From: Candidatus Delongbacteria bacterium
Lineage (GTDB): Bacteria; CAIWAD01
Direction of reading: 5' to 3'
Assembly (NCBI GenBank): GCA_963663545.1
Contig: OY760505.1
Span: forward strand, 640,001-704,000
DNA length: 64,000 bases
This document shows positions 19,901-29,190 of the stretch, one piece after another. The first letter of the stretch is position 1. Every line of letters starts with the position of its first letter. A program made the translations under genes and the position numbers. The notes beneath the pieces are model-generated. The model saw only the letters and a list, made by a program, of their open reading frames with translations. It had not been told where the DNA came from and did not search any database.

Positions 19901-22900
19901 CAGATGATTCCCTCTTCGACGATCAGGACCGTGTCTGGTCCATTAACGAGGATCCCGCGCTGGGCATCTCGTCAACAACTCAAACGACCGTTAGCGGCCT
20001 TGTATTGGAAGAAGAGTACTGGTTCACAATTCAGGTTCTGGATCAGGTAGGCAATGCCAGTGAGTGCTCAAACCCGGTCTACTACTTCGTGGCGGTTGGC
20101 AGTACTGTCCTCCACGTCCCGAGCGAGTTCGCTACCATTGGCGAAGCCGTTGATGCCTCAAGTCCGGGTACTACAATTGAGATTGCTGCCGGGACATACA
20201 ACGAACACGACATCATCATTCCACATCCCCTGATCTTTCGCGGCGCAATTGCCGATTCAGGTGGAGTTGTGATTGACGCAAACAGCGTAGGTCGCCACTT
20301 CACTGCTCCCAATATTGCCTCAGGTGTTCGTTTTGAAAATCTATGTCTGATCAACGGTTTAATGCGCCTCGGCGGTGGCTCCATCTTTGTAAGCAACTCA
20401 CCCCTGGTGATAAGGAACTGTGACTTTGTGGGCAATGAGGGCTACTCGGATGCAACGAATTTTTATTTCTCCTGCACTCCTCATTCCGCATACGGTGGTG
20501 CTCTATTGATTACTGGTAGTCAGCTTGCAACACTTTCCGATTGCGCATTTCATTCAAACGCCATTACCTGTGGCGGATTTTGCGCCGAAGGAATGGAAGA
20601 AACACGCAGTCAGCTAGGCGGAGCCCTCTACTCTCAGGGACCCGTAGTACTCGAGAACAGCCGATTCTACAGCAATAGCGTTGAGTCTGACGCGGGAATG
20701 CCTCTGGATAACTGTTCTGCAGGGGCGCTTCGCGCCAGTACAATCAACGCTACATCCTGCATTTTCATGAACAATGCAGCCAATCCCGGCTACAACACCA
20801 CTACTTTATGGTTGCCTGCACAAGCAACGAGTGTCGCTGTTTCTCCCGGCCCCCAAACCTATTCCAATTGTGTCTTCATCGACAACATCGCAATTCATCC
20901 CACTTCGGGGCTTATTACGGGAGAAGTAGCACGAAGCTCTACGCAGATCACAGTTAGCGGATGCACGTTTGCGGGTAATCAGTCTGGTGGATCAAGCTCT
21001 ATAAATGGAAGCTTACTGTGCGCCCCAGCGCTTAGTCTTTCATCCAGCACATTCTATAACAACTCCACCTTCAGCCTAGATTCAGGTCCGGTTCTGCTGA
21101 TACACGCAGATAACACCCTGGACATTCAAGGCTGTATCTTCACAGCAAATCTGGACAGTATCGCCTATTGCGAGGGCACCACAAGTGTTTCCTGCACGGA
21201 TAGCTACAACAATACACTGGGCAACTGGACTGGATCGTTGAACGCCTTTGAGGGCATCAACGGCAACGTCAGCCTGAATCCGGCTTTCTGCAATGCCCCC
21301 GCGTACGAGTTTGGCTTGCAGGAAGCCTCTCCCTGCCTGCCTGAAAACAACAGTTGCGGCGAGCTCATTGGCGCTCTACCCCAAACCTGTGGAGTCGCCA
21401 GCTGTATCGAATTCACCTCACCTTTCCCTTACAGCGAGAACGGTCTGCCGGTTGTTACTGGCGATGATGGCGTTGCCATTACCGTTTCTTCAACGACAGA
21501 TGACGAAGTGGATGCCTCTTCCCTGTGCATGCGGGTAGATTACGACGGGGACGGCTTCGATACCGATGCCCGGGAGCAGTGGGTCAGTCTCAGCGGCTAC
21601 ACCAGTGACTTCAGTATTCGCATCGACGAAGCGCTGACCTATCTTGGCGAGGTGACGGAGAGCGACATTGAAGTAGAGTTCGGTGCCCACACGACAGCCG
21701 AAACCAGCCTGAACTATGCAAGCATCCTGATGCACATCGATCGTGTGGCGCCGGATGCGGTCAGCCTCAGCCTAATGGCCGACCATGGTAGCAGTGTAGA
21801 TCTGCAATTCACTTCCTCTTCGGCCAGTGACTTCTCCACCTACAAGATCTGGGTTTCCAACGACGCCACGATTGATGCCAGCGATCGTGTCTGGTCTGAG
21901 GTCGATGATCCGGCTCTGGCATTGGTGGCCACCACCCAAACAAGCGTGACGGGTCTTGTGGACGGGATTGCATACTGGTTCGCCATCGAAGTGAAAGACC
22001 AGGCAGGTAATGTCAGTTCATTGTCCAACGCGGTAGAACGTTCCGGAGCAAACGGGCATGTGCTTCGCGTTCCTGCCGAATATGCCAGCATCGGTGCAGC
22101 CTTACAGGCATCTGCGGAAGGCGATATCATCCTGCTAGCTGCGGGCACTTACTATAGTAATAACCTCTATACGAACCACTCGGTGACTATTCGTGGCGAG
22201 TCGGCGGATTCGGCTGCCGTGGTGATCGATGCCGAGTGGCACAGCAGCCATGTCCGCGCATATGCAGACAGTCTGTTGCTGATTAACCTGACTCTGAAGA
22301 ATGGACTCCGAACTGATTCGAACCCACTTGCGACCCCATGCGGTGGCTCGGTGTACTTCAGTGGACATTATTTCTACGCCGAGAACTGCGTCTGGTACAA
22401 CAACACGGCCCATGGTGACTTGGTATTCAGTCATGAGGTCCACGATTATTACTGGCAATCGGCCTTTGGCGGTGCCCTGTACTTGGCACGAGCCGCGGAG
22501 ACGGATTCGATGGCTTCCGCAGAGTTGACAGGTTGCCGCTTCTACAACTCGACCGCCGAGGGAGTTGACCAGGATGCGCAGGGAGGAGCCATCTACACAG
22601 CGAGGCCGCTACGCGTAGTGGATTCCCGTATTTCTGCTTCGCTCGCAGTGCCGGGAACAGACCAGATTCATGGCAACAACTCAATCGCAGCCGGTGCTGG
22701 CATCTTCAGCTCCAGTGAACTGGTCCTCACCAATTGCGTGCTGGACAATAACCACGCTCAACCGGGTGAGTACGGAGGATTGTACGTCTCACGTGGTGCC
22801 GCGGTGTATTGCACCAGCGATGTGCGGCTGACCGGATGCAGGATTTTCGGAAACAGCACTGGCAGCGCCGATGATCTCTCGGTCATCGAGGGCCTGGCGG

Positions 22901-23658
22901 TTTACTGCACCGGCAATGTGGAAGCGGAAAGCTGCCTGATCCACTCGCACTCTGTGGAAAGCCAGCCATGGGATCCTATCGCGTGTGACGGATTCGTCAT
23001 TCGCTCCTATTCATGTGAGCTTAGCAATTGCACCATCTACGGAAATGAAGTCACTGGTGGTGAAACATCTCCACGCGCCATCTACAGCAATACCGGCATG
23101 AGTTTGGTCAACTGCCTGATCGCTGGAAATGCAGGGATGAGTTGCCCGTTGAGCACAAGTGGTACGCTGGCTGTTTCCTGCACCGACATCTACGGCAACT
23201 CTGCCGACTGGACGGGCGTCCTGGCCCCCTTCGTGGGCGTCAACGGCAATCTCTGTGCAAACCCGCTCTTTGTGGACGCACCGAACGACCTGCACCTACT
23301 ACCTGCTTCTCCCTGCCTGCCCGAAAACAATAGCTGTGACGTGCTGATGGGCGCGCTGGGCGAAGGCGTGCAGGAGATTCCCGCAATCGTGGACCTGGTG
23401 GCCCAGGCCAGCGGCAGCGACGTGCTGCTGAGCTGGACGAATCCTGCGCCGACCCTGGTCAGCGGCTTCGAGATTCATATGGGCAGCGAGCAGGGCTTCC
23501 TTCCCAATGAAACAACATTGGTTGCGACGACGACGGGTACGGAATACACGCTCACACCGGCTTCGCAGGATTGCATCGGCTTCCTACGGGTAGTGGCTGT
23601 GGGTGGTAGTAGATTGCAGACGGCCTCCACGGGAGGTCAGGCTGGACGTGCTCGCTAG
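16780..23658 (+). CDS. Giant secreted modular beta-helix protein (4 helix modules, 2 DYDGDGFD/FN3-like linkers)
   Basis: Same leader as the previous gene. Module N-caps HVPSEY, LVPSEY, HVPSEF and RVPAEY. C-terminal GFLRVVAV domain. Confidence 0.85.
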   Translation: MHSFRESLFALGLSCTLLPMLAVAQSTLHVPSEYSTIAAAVAAASDGDTVEIAPGTYYESGIQVEAAIEIRGSLPNQGAVTLDASSAALFHAFGVDSLRLENLTLQNGVAMHNESYPAHGDGGGAVLLVDTDFSASHCWFVNNLVQARYASSRTIDMVPASGGAVFVTGTGTARLDNCHFEGNGITGNPGNATPGTLFRSGGALAVDGALEMESCSFEDNYLYLTGDSDTAKGGALSAGSITATDCQFTGNQMQLHGGTYLAAQGSAVCCSGNQSWQDCAFLDNDFTSTATPYGHIDGSALWGEATFSAGNCVFANNNTYFRSVIGDRGGSAIRAVDGELSNCTFYGNASAISGASQDVPRVAVYMLNNLDLETSIFAFNTDAPVYAGSVSASCTDVYDNSFGDWTGSFAGLGSVNGNLSEDPLFNNPTTNDFGVQPTSPCQAANNSCNLDMGSRLSLVESDGLLLVPSEYPSIAAAAAAAASGDIIELAADSYNEHDIPLYVSLTIRGAVADSGAVVINAQAQGRHFSAENLPAGITIENLTLINGEQSADYALYGQGGSLFLANTDLRAINCWFVDNHALYDNGNNYSAYGGAIYSEGAAELQFAECAFHRCSIEMDYLTGVRTVYQHGGSICTDGAVSLESCRFDECSLVRDGTDGGAHGGVIYAATITANDCVFRNCFLNSDGYWTASKGSIAYTSGEQEWIYCQFLDNINPPAGSNYFGSLLFSETDISCEGNTFSGNVSTFWGAGRNDGGSLFHASNLSLTSCTLHNNSSLTSDGYPEVLAYASSSMQIENCLISGNADAPALLESGASLDVDCTNICGNTAGDWSDELAAFAGVDGNISANPAFCDPEAGELGLQAHSPCLPANNSCGVLMGAWPENCASNVEIVFSDPFPCSETGTPATTGDEGIAVTISSPSGFQVDGASLQMRVDYDGDGFDADPREQWYALTGYTSADSIRVVEQLTYLEEISESDVEVEISASLVGFAQTFTTSINLHVDRIAPAAVTLALISNQVVSVTIGFDSSTAADFAAYRILVSDDSLFDDQDRVWSINEDPALGISSTTQTTVSGLVLEEEYWFTIQVLDQVGNASECSNPVYYFVAVGSTVLHVPSEFATIGEAVDASSPGTTIEIAAGTYNEHDIIIPHPLIFRGAIADSGGVVIDANSVGRHFTAPNIASGVRFENLCLINGLMRLGGGSIFVSNSPLVIRNCDFVGNEGYSDATNFYFSCTPHSAYGGALLITGSQLATLSDCAFHSNAITCGGFCAEGMEETRSQLGGALYSQGPVVLENSRFYSNSVESDAGMPLDNCSAGALRASTINATSCIFMNNAANPGYNTTTLWLPAQATSVAVSPGPQTYSNCVFIDNIAIHPTSGLITGEVARSSTQITVSGCTFAGNQSGGSSSINGSLLCAPALSLSSSTFYNNSTFSLDSGPVLLIHADNTLDIQGCIFTANLDSIAYCEGTTSVSCTDSYNNTLGNWTGSLNAFEGINGNVSLNPAFCNAPAYEFGLQEASPCLPENNSCGELIGALPQTCGVASCIEFTSPFPYSENGLPVVTGDDGVAITVSSTTDDEVDASSLCMRVDYDGDGFDTDAREQWVSLSGYTSDFSIRIDEALTYLGEVTESDIEVEFGAHTTAETSLNYASILMHIDRVAPDAVSLSLMADHGSSVDLQFTSSSASDFSTYKIWVSNDATIDASDRVWSEVDDPALALVATTQTSVTGLVDGIAYWFAIEVKDQAGNVSSLSNAVERSGANGHVLRVPAEYASIGAALQASAEGDIILLAAGTYYSNNLYTNHSVTIRGESADSAAVVIDAEWHSSHVRAYADSLLLINLTLKNGLRTDSNPLATPCGGSVYFSGHYFYAENCVWYNNTAHGDLVFSHEVHDYYWQSAFGGALYLARAAETDSMASAELTGCRFYNSTAEGVDQDAQGGAIYTARPLRVVDSRISASLAVPGTDQIHGNNSIAAGAGIFSSSELVLTNCVLDNNHAQPGEYGGLYVSRGAAVYCTSDVRLTGCRIFGNSTGSADDLSVIEGLAVYCTGNVEAESCLIHSHSVESQPWDPIACDGFVIRSYSCELSNCTIYGNEVTGGETSPRAIYSNTGMSLVNCLIAGNAGMSCPLSTSGTLAVSCTDIYGNSADWTGVLAPFVGVNGNLCANPLFVDAPNDLHLLPASPCLPENNSCDVLMGALGEGVQEIPAIVDLVAQASGSDVLLSWTNPAPTLVSGFEIHMGSEQGFLPNETTLVATTTGTEYTLTPASQDCIGFLRVVAVGGSRLQTASTGGQAGRAR

Positions 23659-23689
23659 TACGGCTACTAAATCGAACTGATCCAATGCA

Positions 23690-23713
23690 AACGGGCGCCC
23701 ACGGGCGCCCGTT
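23690..23713. terminator. Likely bidirectional terminator between convergent genes
   Basis: AACGGGCGCCC-AC-GGGCGCCCGTT. Confidence 0.7.
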
Positions 23714-23760
23714 GTGTTTCTACTCTAATGTGGTTCGCAAAACCAACCCGGCACTGACTC

Positions 23761-25530
23761 CTAACGCAGCACCATCATCTTGTTGACGCCAATACAGCTG
23801 CCATTCTGAAAAGCCTGCAGCAGATACATTCCGGTACTTAGCCGACCAAACTCAAGCTGGCCACTGCCCTCCGGAAGGACTCCATGATACACAAGCCGAC
23901 CGCATAAGTCATAGAGATGAACGTGGGTCTGCTGCCTGCTGGCTGTGCTGAAACTGAGGCTACTACGGGCGGGATTCGGGCCAAAGTCAAACTGGACTCG
24001 ATCCGCGCGCGGCTGCTTTTTCTCCACCGCAACGGGACCACAGTCTTCGTAGAAGTATGTGTCCAGCACTCCCAGACGTTCAGTGATCCAGTCCTCCATG
24101 TAGCCCAGATCATTCACACCGTGGGGCGAATTCGGCCAGCGCGCAAACTCGCGCTCGTAGACGCCACTTGCATCCAGCAGATCGGCGGCTTCGTCCACCA
24201 GCGCCAGCAGACTATCTTCGCGCAGTGCGCTCACCCGTAATTCAGCCCAGCGTTCCTGCAGCAGATCGTTGTAGCCGCCGTCGGTACAATCTTCGTAGAG
24301 CCTGCAAAAGAGATAGTTCGAAATCATGCCAGCAGTCTCTGGATCACGCTCGCCAGTGTACCAGGATCCAAAAGTGCCATCCAGATCCCAGGGAACGTAG
24401 AAGTAGGGCCAACCCTGATTGTACTTTGCCAGGTAAGTGTTCTTGGCCCAGTTGTCCACGCCGCGTATCACATTCACGTAGAGGAAGTAGTCGAGTGCAT
24501 TCTCCACGCAGAAATACTGGGCGTAATGCTCGTCAAACTCAGGAGAGGTGTGCACGAAGCGAACGGCCTCATACAGATTACTCCAGTCGATTTCCTCTTC
24601 GGGATGGATCCACTCAAAGCCGCCCCACAGTAGGCTGTCGTTGTCAAAATCCGGCAGCGAGTAGAAGGTAGTGGCACCATAGCCGTAGCCTTTGTACAAC
24701 TCGCCGCGAATGTTGCCATTGTGCTTCTTCAGTTTCAGCAGCTTACGATCCACTCGTTCGCATACCAGGTAGAGTCCGCGGTATTCGCCGTTGAGAAAGA
24801 GCTCGGCATACTCGGATCGCACTCCGCTTTGAGCTTCCGGCTCCTGCTCAAGGTAAGCGGGGATATGAATACGTCGCCACAACTCGTGACAGACTTTGTT
24901 GCGCATGCGAAGCGGCTCGGTCCACATGGCATTCAGTACCCAGTCGTCGTCCTCTCGCATATCCAGCAAGGCAACATCTTGGGTCTCGTCATCCCCTTCT
25001 TCTTCAAGAAACTCAATGCGGTAGGATTTCTTCGGATATGCCAAGGAAGAGAAGCCATGCAGCTCGATGCCAATGGCGCTGTGAACCTGGGTTTCGTCCA
25101 GCTCCACCAGATGGAAACGCGCCTCCACTCGCGGCTCATCGACAATTTCGTACTCGCACTCGATGCGCATCAAAGGCAGTGCGCTGAAGTAGAGAGTGTA
25201 TTCGCGCCCATTCTCTGGGTGATGAATCGTGTAGGCGCGGCCTGTCTGCAACTCCTCAACAGGCTCGTCAAAAGCATAGGCGGCATCCATGTGAACACTG
25301 TTAATACCGGCTAGATGCTCCTGATTGATGCGGCCCACAGGGACGTTGCAAACGACTAGGTGCAATTCATGATCGATGCAATACTGCTGTTCCGGTAACA
25401 CCACCAGATCCTGTGCGAACAGAGGCTGACTCAGCAGAATCCCTGCAAGGGGTAAAGCCAACACGATGAGAGATCTGGAACCAGCCGCTTCTGTATAACG
25501 GGAAGATCGGGCCGTGCGTGGTGAATTCAT
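23761..25530 (-). CDS. CotH-family kinase with T9SS type-A CTD
   Basis: Motifs GFSSLAYPKKSYRIE, DDDWVLNA, LFLNGEYRGLY, DNWAKN and YVPWDLDGTFG. C-terminus PNPA...LYDLCGRLV...GMYLL...KMMVLR. Start position uncertain. Confidence 0.85.
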   Translation of the reverse strand: MNSPRTARSSRYTEAAGSRSLIVLALPLAGILLSQPLFAQDLVVLPEQQYCIDHELHLVVCNVPVGRINQEHLAGINSVHMDAAYAFDEPVEELQTGRAYTIHHPENGREYTLYFSALPLMRIECEYEIVDEPRVEARFHLVELDETQVHSAIGIELHGFSSLAYPKKSYRIEFLEEEGDDETQDVALLDMREDDDWVLNAMWTEPLRMRNKVCHELWRRIHIPAYLEQEPEAQSGVRSEYAELFLNGEYRGLYLVCERVDRKLLKLKKHNGNIRGELYKGYGYGATTFYSLPDFDNDSLLWGGFEWIHPEEEIDWSNLYEAVRFVHTSPEFDEHYAQYFCVENALDYFLYVNVIRGVDNWAKNTYLAKYNQGWPYFYVPWDLDGTFGSWYTGERDPETAGMISNYLFCRLYEDCTDGGYNDLLQERWAELRVSALREDSLLALVDEAADLLDASGVYEREFARWPNSPHGVNDLGYMEDWITERLGVLDTYFYEDCGPVAVEKKQPRADRVQFDFGPNPARSSLSFSTASRQQTHVHLYDLCGRLVYHGVLPEGSGQLEFGRLSTGMYLLQAFQNGSCIGVNKMMVLR

Positions 25531-25783
25531 GCTAACCCCCAGAAGTCTTATAATGTGCGTCTAATGCGATGCTAACAATTTCCGTCTCCTCCAGCAAGAA
25601 GTACTTGTTATCACAAAACATAATCGCGTTCTGTTACAAATAGAAATGGGGCCGCATTGCAAGGGATAGCCAAGGCGAGATCTCAAGCATGATGGTCTGC
25701 ATTTGGTATCCAAACAAGGCATACAACCGAATAGCTTCAGTAAATAGAATGCTAGGTGAGTCCTGTAAAGCTGTGATACACGT

Positions 25784-26845
25784 TTAGCGGGAAGCGCCCT
25801 GATTCAGATGCTGGCGCAGCAACTCGGCGCGCCCGGCCGCCAACTGACGACCATCCAGCTCCTGCCCAAGGCGTAAGCGAACCTGCGCAGGTGACAAATC
25901 CAGCAGCAGCGGTGTCACATCATGCAGCAACTCGGGCAGCGGATGAGCCTCATCCTGCAAGCCCATCAGGCGGCCCAAGCGCAAGAAAGAAGCGTGCTCG
26001 ACAAACTCGGGATAGCCCATCAGTCGTGCTTCGCGACACAGGCTCCACGCGCGGCGCACGCGATCCTCAAGCTCCGGTGCCCGATGCTGCAGAATGTCCC
26101 GGCGACATTGCTGCTCCACCAAACGCAGGCGATCCAGTGCAGCCAGCAGGCGTTCCAGGGTCTGGCGCGGATCGGTCTCGGCGCGGGTGTCGATGTTCTC
26201 CAACACTAGAAAATCGCCGAAGCCTTCCTGCCAGGTGCGGTAACTCAGGCCCTCATCGTAGAGGGGGTCGAGCTGCTCCTCCAACTTGCCCCACCAGGCC
26301 AAACCGGGCAGATGTAGTACGAGGGTGACCAGCGTGCCGCTGCCGCACAGGAAAGGACTGGAACCCAGCCGCTCGCCCTGACTGCTACGCGCCAGGCCTG
26401 GATCACGACGCAGATTCTCCAGCCGGGCCTCCAGATCGTCCAGCGCGCTGCGCAATTCTGCAGCTTGCCCCAGTGCCGTGTAGCGCAGATGGTCGTGACC
26501 AAGCAACAACAGACCGCGGGACTCATCGGCAGCCAGCAGCAGCAGCTCTTCTGTTCCACGATGCTGTGCGGGCTCCAGAATCCAGCGCTCCGCGAGAAAC
26601 TCCAGCTCCTGCACGCCGGGGCGGTCGGGTGGAATGCGATGCGCCAGATTGCCGCAAAGCGCTTCGTCCGCAAGCAATGTGCGTAGAAGCTCCGTTCGCT
26701 GTTCGGGGGTCATGCGCGCGGGAAAGGGCCGTTCGGCCAGATTGACAGCTACCGCCATTCTGCCCATCAACAGAATGTCGGCGTCGCCGGGACACCAGGC
26801 AGGACGTCGTCCGACCAGGTGTTGCATCAATTCATTCAGGTTCAT
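25784..26845 (-). CDS. mcsB: McsB-like (ATP:guanido phosphotransferase fold) protein, degenerate active site
   Basis: Remnant motifs NLAERPFP, FLAERWIL, DHLR, HLPGL, EDRVRRA, PAQV...RAELLR. Lies directly downstream of mcsA. Confidence 0.7.
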   Translation of the reverse strand: MNLNELMQHLVGRRPAWCPGDADILLMGRMAVAVNLAERPFPARMTPEQRTELLRTLLADEALCGNLAHRIPPDRPGVQELEFLAERWILEPAQHRGTEELLLLAADESRGLLLLGHDHLRYTALGQAAELRSALDDLEARLENLRRDPGLARSSQGERLGSSPFLCGSGTLVTLVLHLPGLAWWGKLEEQLDPLYDEGLSYRTWQEGFGDFLVLENIDTRAETDPRQTLERLLAALDRLRLVEQQCRRDILQHRAPELEDRVRRAWSLCREARLMGYPEFVEHASFLRLGRLMGLQDEAHPLPELLHDVTPLLLDLSPAQVRLRLGQELDGRQLAAGRAELLRQHLNQGASR

Positions 26846-27261
26846 GGTTCCGTATCTGGTGGTGATCCTCGGGAAGCCAGTTCATCCCGGATACGGGCGG
26901 CGAGTTCATAATCCTCCAGTAGCAACGCCAAAGAAAGATCCACTTCCTGCGGCATACGCCCTCCCGGAGTTCCCACCGCACCAATGGCTTTGGCAGCCGC
27001 GTGCAGCAGAGCTTCAAGCGCGGTGGCAAATGTCTCACGGCAGTGAGGACATCCCAACCGTCCTTCCAGACTGAACTCGTAGCCGGTCAGTCCGCATTCG
27101 GGGCACTTCAGCTCGACGAAGGAATCCTGCGGCAGCAGGCTCCAGTCGCCCAGGTGATGCAAACCCGAACGGGACAAACAACGATAGCAGAGCCGAATCC
27201 GATGCGCTCCCCGCCCACGTTCAACCGTGGCGGGCGCATCATGACAGCACTGGCAAATCAT
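26842..27261 (-). CDS. mcsA: McsA-like CxxC/UVR-domain protein
   Basis: GGAGG RBS. Four CxxC motifs (CQCC, CYRC, CPEC, CPHC), GRLGC, and C-terminal EDYELAARIRDEL UVR motif. Confidence 0.8.
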   Translation of the reverse strand: MICQCCHDAPATVERGRGAHRIRLCYRCLSRSGLHHLGDWSLLPQDSFVELKCPECGLTGYEFSLEGRLGCPHCRETFATALEALLHAAAKAIGAVGTPGGRMPQEVDLSLALLLEDYELAARIRDELASRGSPPDTEP

Positions 27262-27290
27262 CGGACACCTCCACATGCCCCATCGGGGCG

Positions 27291-27971
27291 TTATCCGCTG
27301 ATTCGACCATCATCCATGGTCAGCACCCGGTCAGCCACAGCACTAACCTGCAGATCGTGTGTCACAAGTACCAGACTGCCACCGTCCTGACGCACGATCC
27401 GCGACATTTCTTCCAAAACCCCTTCCGCACCTTGGCGATCGAGGTTTCCTGTCGGTTCATCGGCGAACACAATGGCTGGACGGTTCACCAGCGCGCGGGC
27501 AATGCCGACGCGTTGGCTTTCTCCTCCGGAAAGCTCCGCAGGACGGTGATCCAGCCGACTTCCCAACCCGATGCTGCGCAGAAGCTCGCTCGCACGTGCC
27601 GTGGCCTCGTGCTCAGACATACCTGCAATCAGGCCTGCCATGATCACGTTTTCGAGCGCAGTGAATTCGGGAAGCAGATAGTAGGCTTGAAAGACAAATC
27701 CAAGGGTCCGGGCCCGTTGACGTGAACGGGCGCGATCACTCATGTGATACAAATCCCTGCCCTGCAGCAGAACGCGTCCTGCGCTGGGGGCGTCCAAACC
27801 ACCCAGCACATGCAGCAGCGTACTTTTACCGGCACCCGAACGTCCGATGATCGCCACGATCTCGCCGGCAGTCACCGTCAACTCGACATCCTGCAGCACA
27901 TTCACCACACCACGATGATGTCGGAAGCGTTTGCAGAGGCCTTCGGTTTTCAGCAGAGGCTCAGTTGTCAT
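27291..27971 (-). CDS. lolD: Lipoprotein-releasing ABC transporter ATP-binding subunit
   Basis: GRSGAGKST, GFVFQAYYLL, LSGGE, ADEPTGNLD; true start MTTEPLL at 27971. Confidence 0.85.
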   Translation of the reverse strand: MTTEPLLKTEGLCKRFRHHRGVVNVLQDVELTVTAGEIVAIIGRSGAGKSTLLHVLGGLDAPSAGRVLLQGRDLYHMSDRARSRQRARTLGFVFQAYYLLPEFTALENVIMAGLIAGMSEHEATARASELLRSIGLGSRLDHRPAELSGGESQRVGIARALVNRPAIVFADEPTGNLDRQGAEGVLEEMSRIVRQDGGSLVLVTHDLQVSAVADRVLTMDDGRISG

Positions 27972-29190
27972 GTCGAATCGCCTCCACCGGATGCAGCGCC
28001 GCTGCCCGACGCGCGGGATACACCGCCGCCACCAAACTGATGACCAGCGCAGCCGCCACGATGACCAGAATGTCCGCCCAGCGCAGATCCACCGGGAACA
28101 CACTGATGAAGTACACGTCCGGCGGTAAACGCAGAATCTGCCAGCGCAACTGGATGGCGCAGATGCCGATGCCGATGATGGCGCCGGTCAGGGTTCCACC
28201 CACACCCAGCATTAGGCCTTCGTACACGAAGATGCGTGCAATGGAGCGGCTGTCCGCGCCCATCGCTTTCAGAATGCCAATGCCTCTGCGCTTCTCCATG
28301 GTCACCATCGTCAGCGTACTGATGATGTTGAATGCGGCCACAAGCACGATGAGGCTGAGCATGATGAACATCATCCACTTCTCGAGCTTCATCATGCTGA
28401 AAAGGTTCTTGTGCATCTCGAACCAGGTCCAGGCGGCGTAGGGATAATCCAGTCGGCTCATCACGTCCTGCTTGACCCGGCCGGCTTCTTCCATGTGATG
28501 CAAACGCACTTCGATTCCGCTCACGCGATCGCCCATTCGCAGCAGGCTCTGTGCTTCCTGCAGACCGATGAGGGCGATGGCATCGTCAAACTCGTAGATG
28601 CCCATTTCAAAAATGCCGCGTAATACAAAACGCTTGACCACGGGCTGACTGAAAGCCGAGACGATCCCCTTGGGGGAAATCAGCATCAATGTATCACCGG
28701 GAATCGCACTCACTGCGGCAGCCAGATAGCGCCCCAGCAGCAGACCGGGCAGACCGCCCTCCTCCTCTGCGCTGAACTCACTGTTACCCGCCAGCAGGTA
28801 CTCGTCCAATGGCATGACGCTGTTCATTGTCGAAGGATCAACGCCGCGTATCACAACACCCTCAGTGTGAGTGCCGTGACGCAGCATGCCCTTGTCGATG
28901 ATATAGGGAGCCATGCCGGTGATCTGCGGAATGTCCCGCAGCGTGTCCATGATCGCCGCCGGATTCGCCATGCCCTGGTCGTGATACGAACGAATGCGCA
29001 GATGCGCGTCCAGACCAATAATACGACTGCGCACCTCGGTCTCGAAACCGCTCATTACCGCCAGCACAATGATCAAAGCCGCTGTGCCGATGGTGATTCC
29101 CAGCACCGAGAACCAGGTCACCACACTGATAAATCCCAGATGGTGCTGGCTACGCAAATGCCGCAGCGCTACCCGGACTTCCCAGTTCAT
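27961..29190 (-). CDS. Lipoprotein-releasing ABC transporter permease LolC/E
   Basis: GITIGTAALIIVLAVMSGF, VAAFNIISTL, GILKAMGA, YPARRAA motifs. Confidence 0.9.
   Translation of the reverse strand: MNWEVRVALRHLRSQHHLGFISVVTWFSVLGITIGTAALIIVLAVMSGFETEVRSRIIGLDAHLRIRSYHDQGMANPAAIMDTLRDIPQITGMAPYIIDKGMLRHGTHTEGVVIRGVDPSTMNSVMPLDEYLLAGNSEFSAEEEGGLPGLLLGRYLAAAVSAIPGDTLMLISPKGIVSAFSQPVVKRFVLRGIFEMGIYEFDDAIALIGLQEAQSLLRMGDRVSGIEVRLHHMEEAGRVKQDVMSRLDYPYAAWTWFEMHKNLFSMMKLEKWMMFIMLSLIVLVAAFNIISTLTMVTMEKRRGIGILKAMGADSRSIARIFVYEGLMLGVGGTLTGAIIGIGICAIQLRWQILRLPPDVYFISVFPVDLRWADILVIVAAALVISLVAAVYPARRAAALHPVEAIRHDN

Noticed and set aside
2653..23658. Shufflon or invertible cassette
   Set aside because: All genes are full length and co-oriented; no recombinase or flanking inverted repeats seen.
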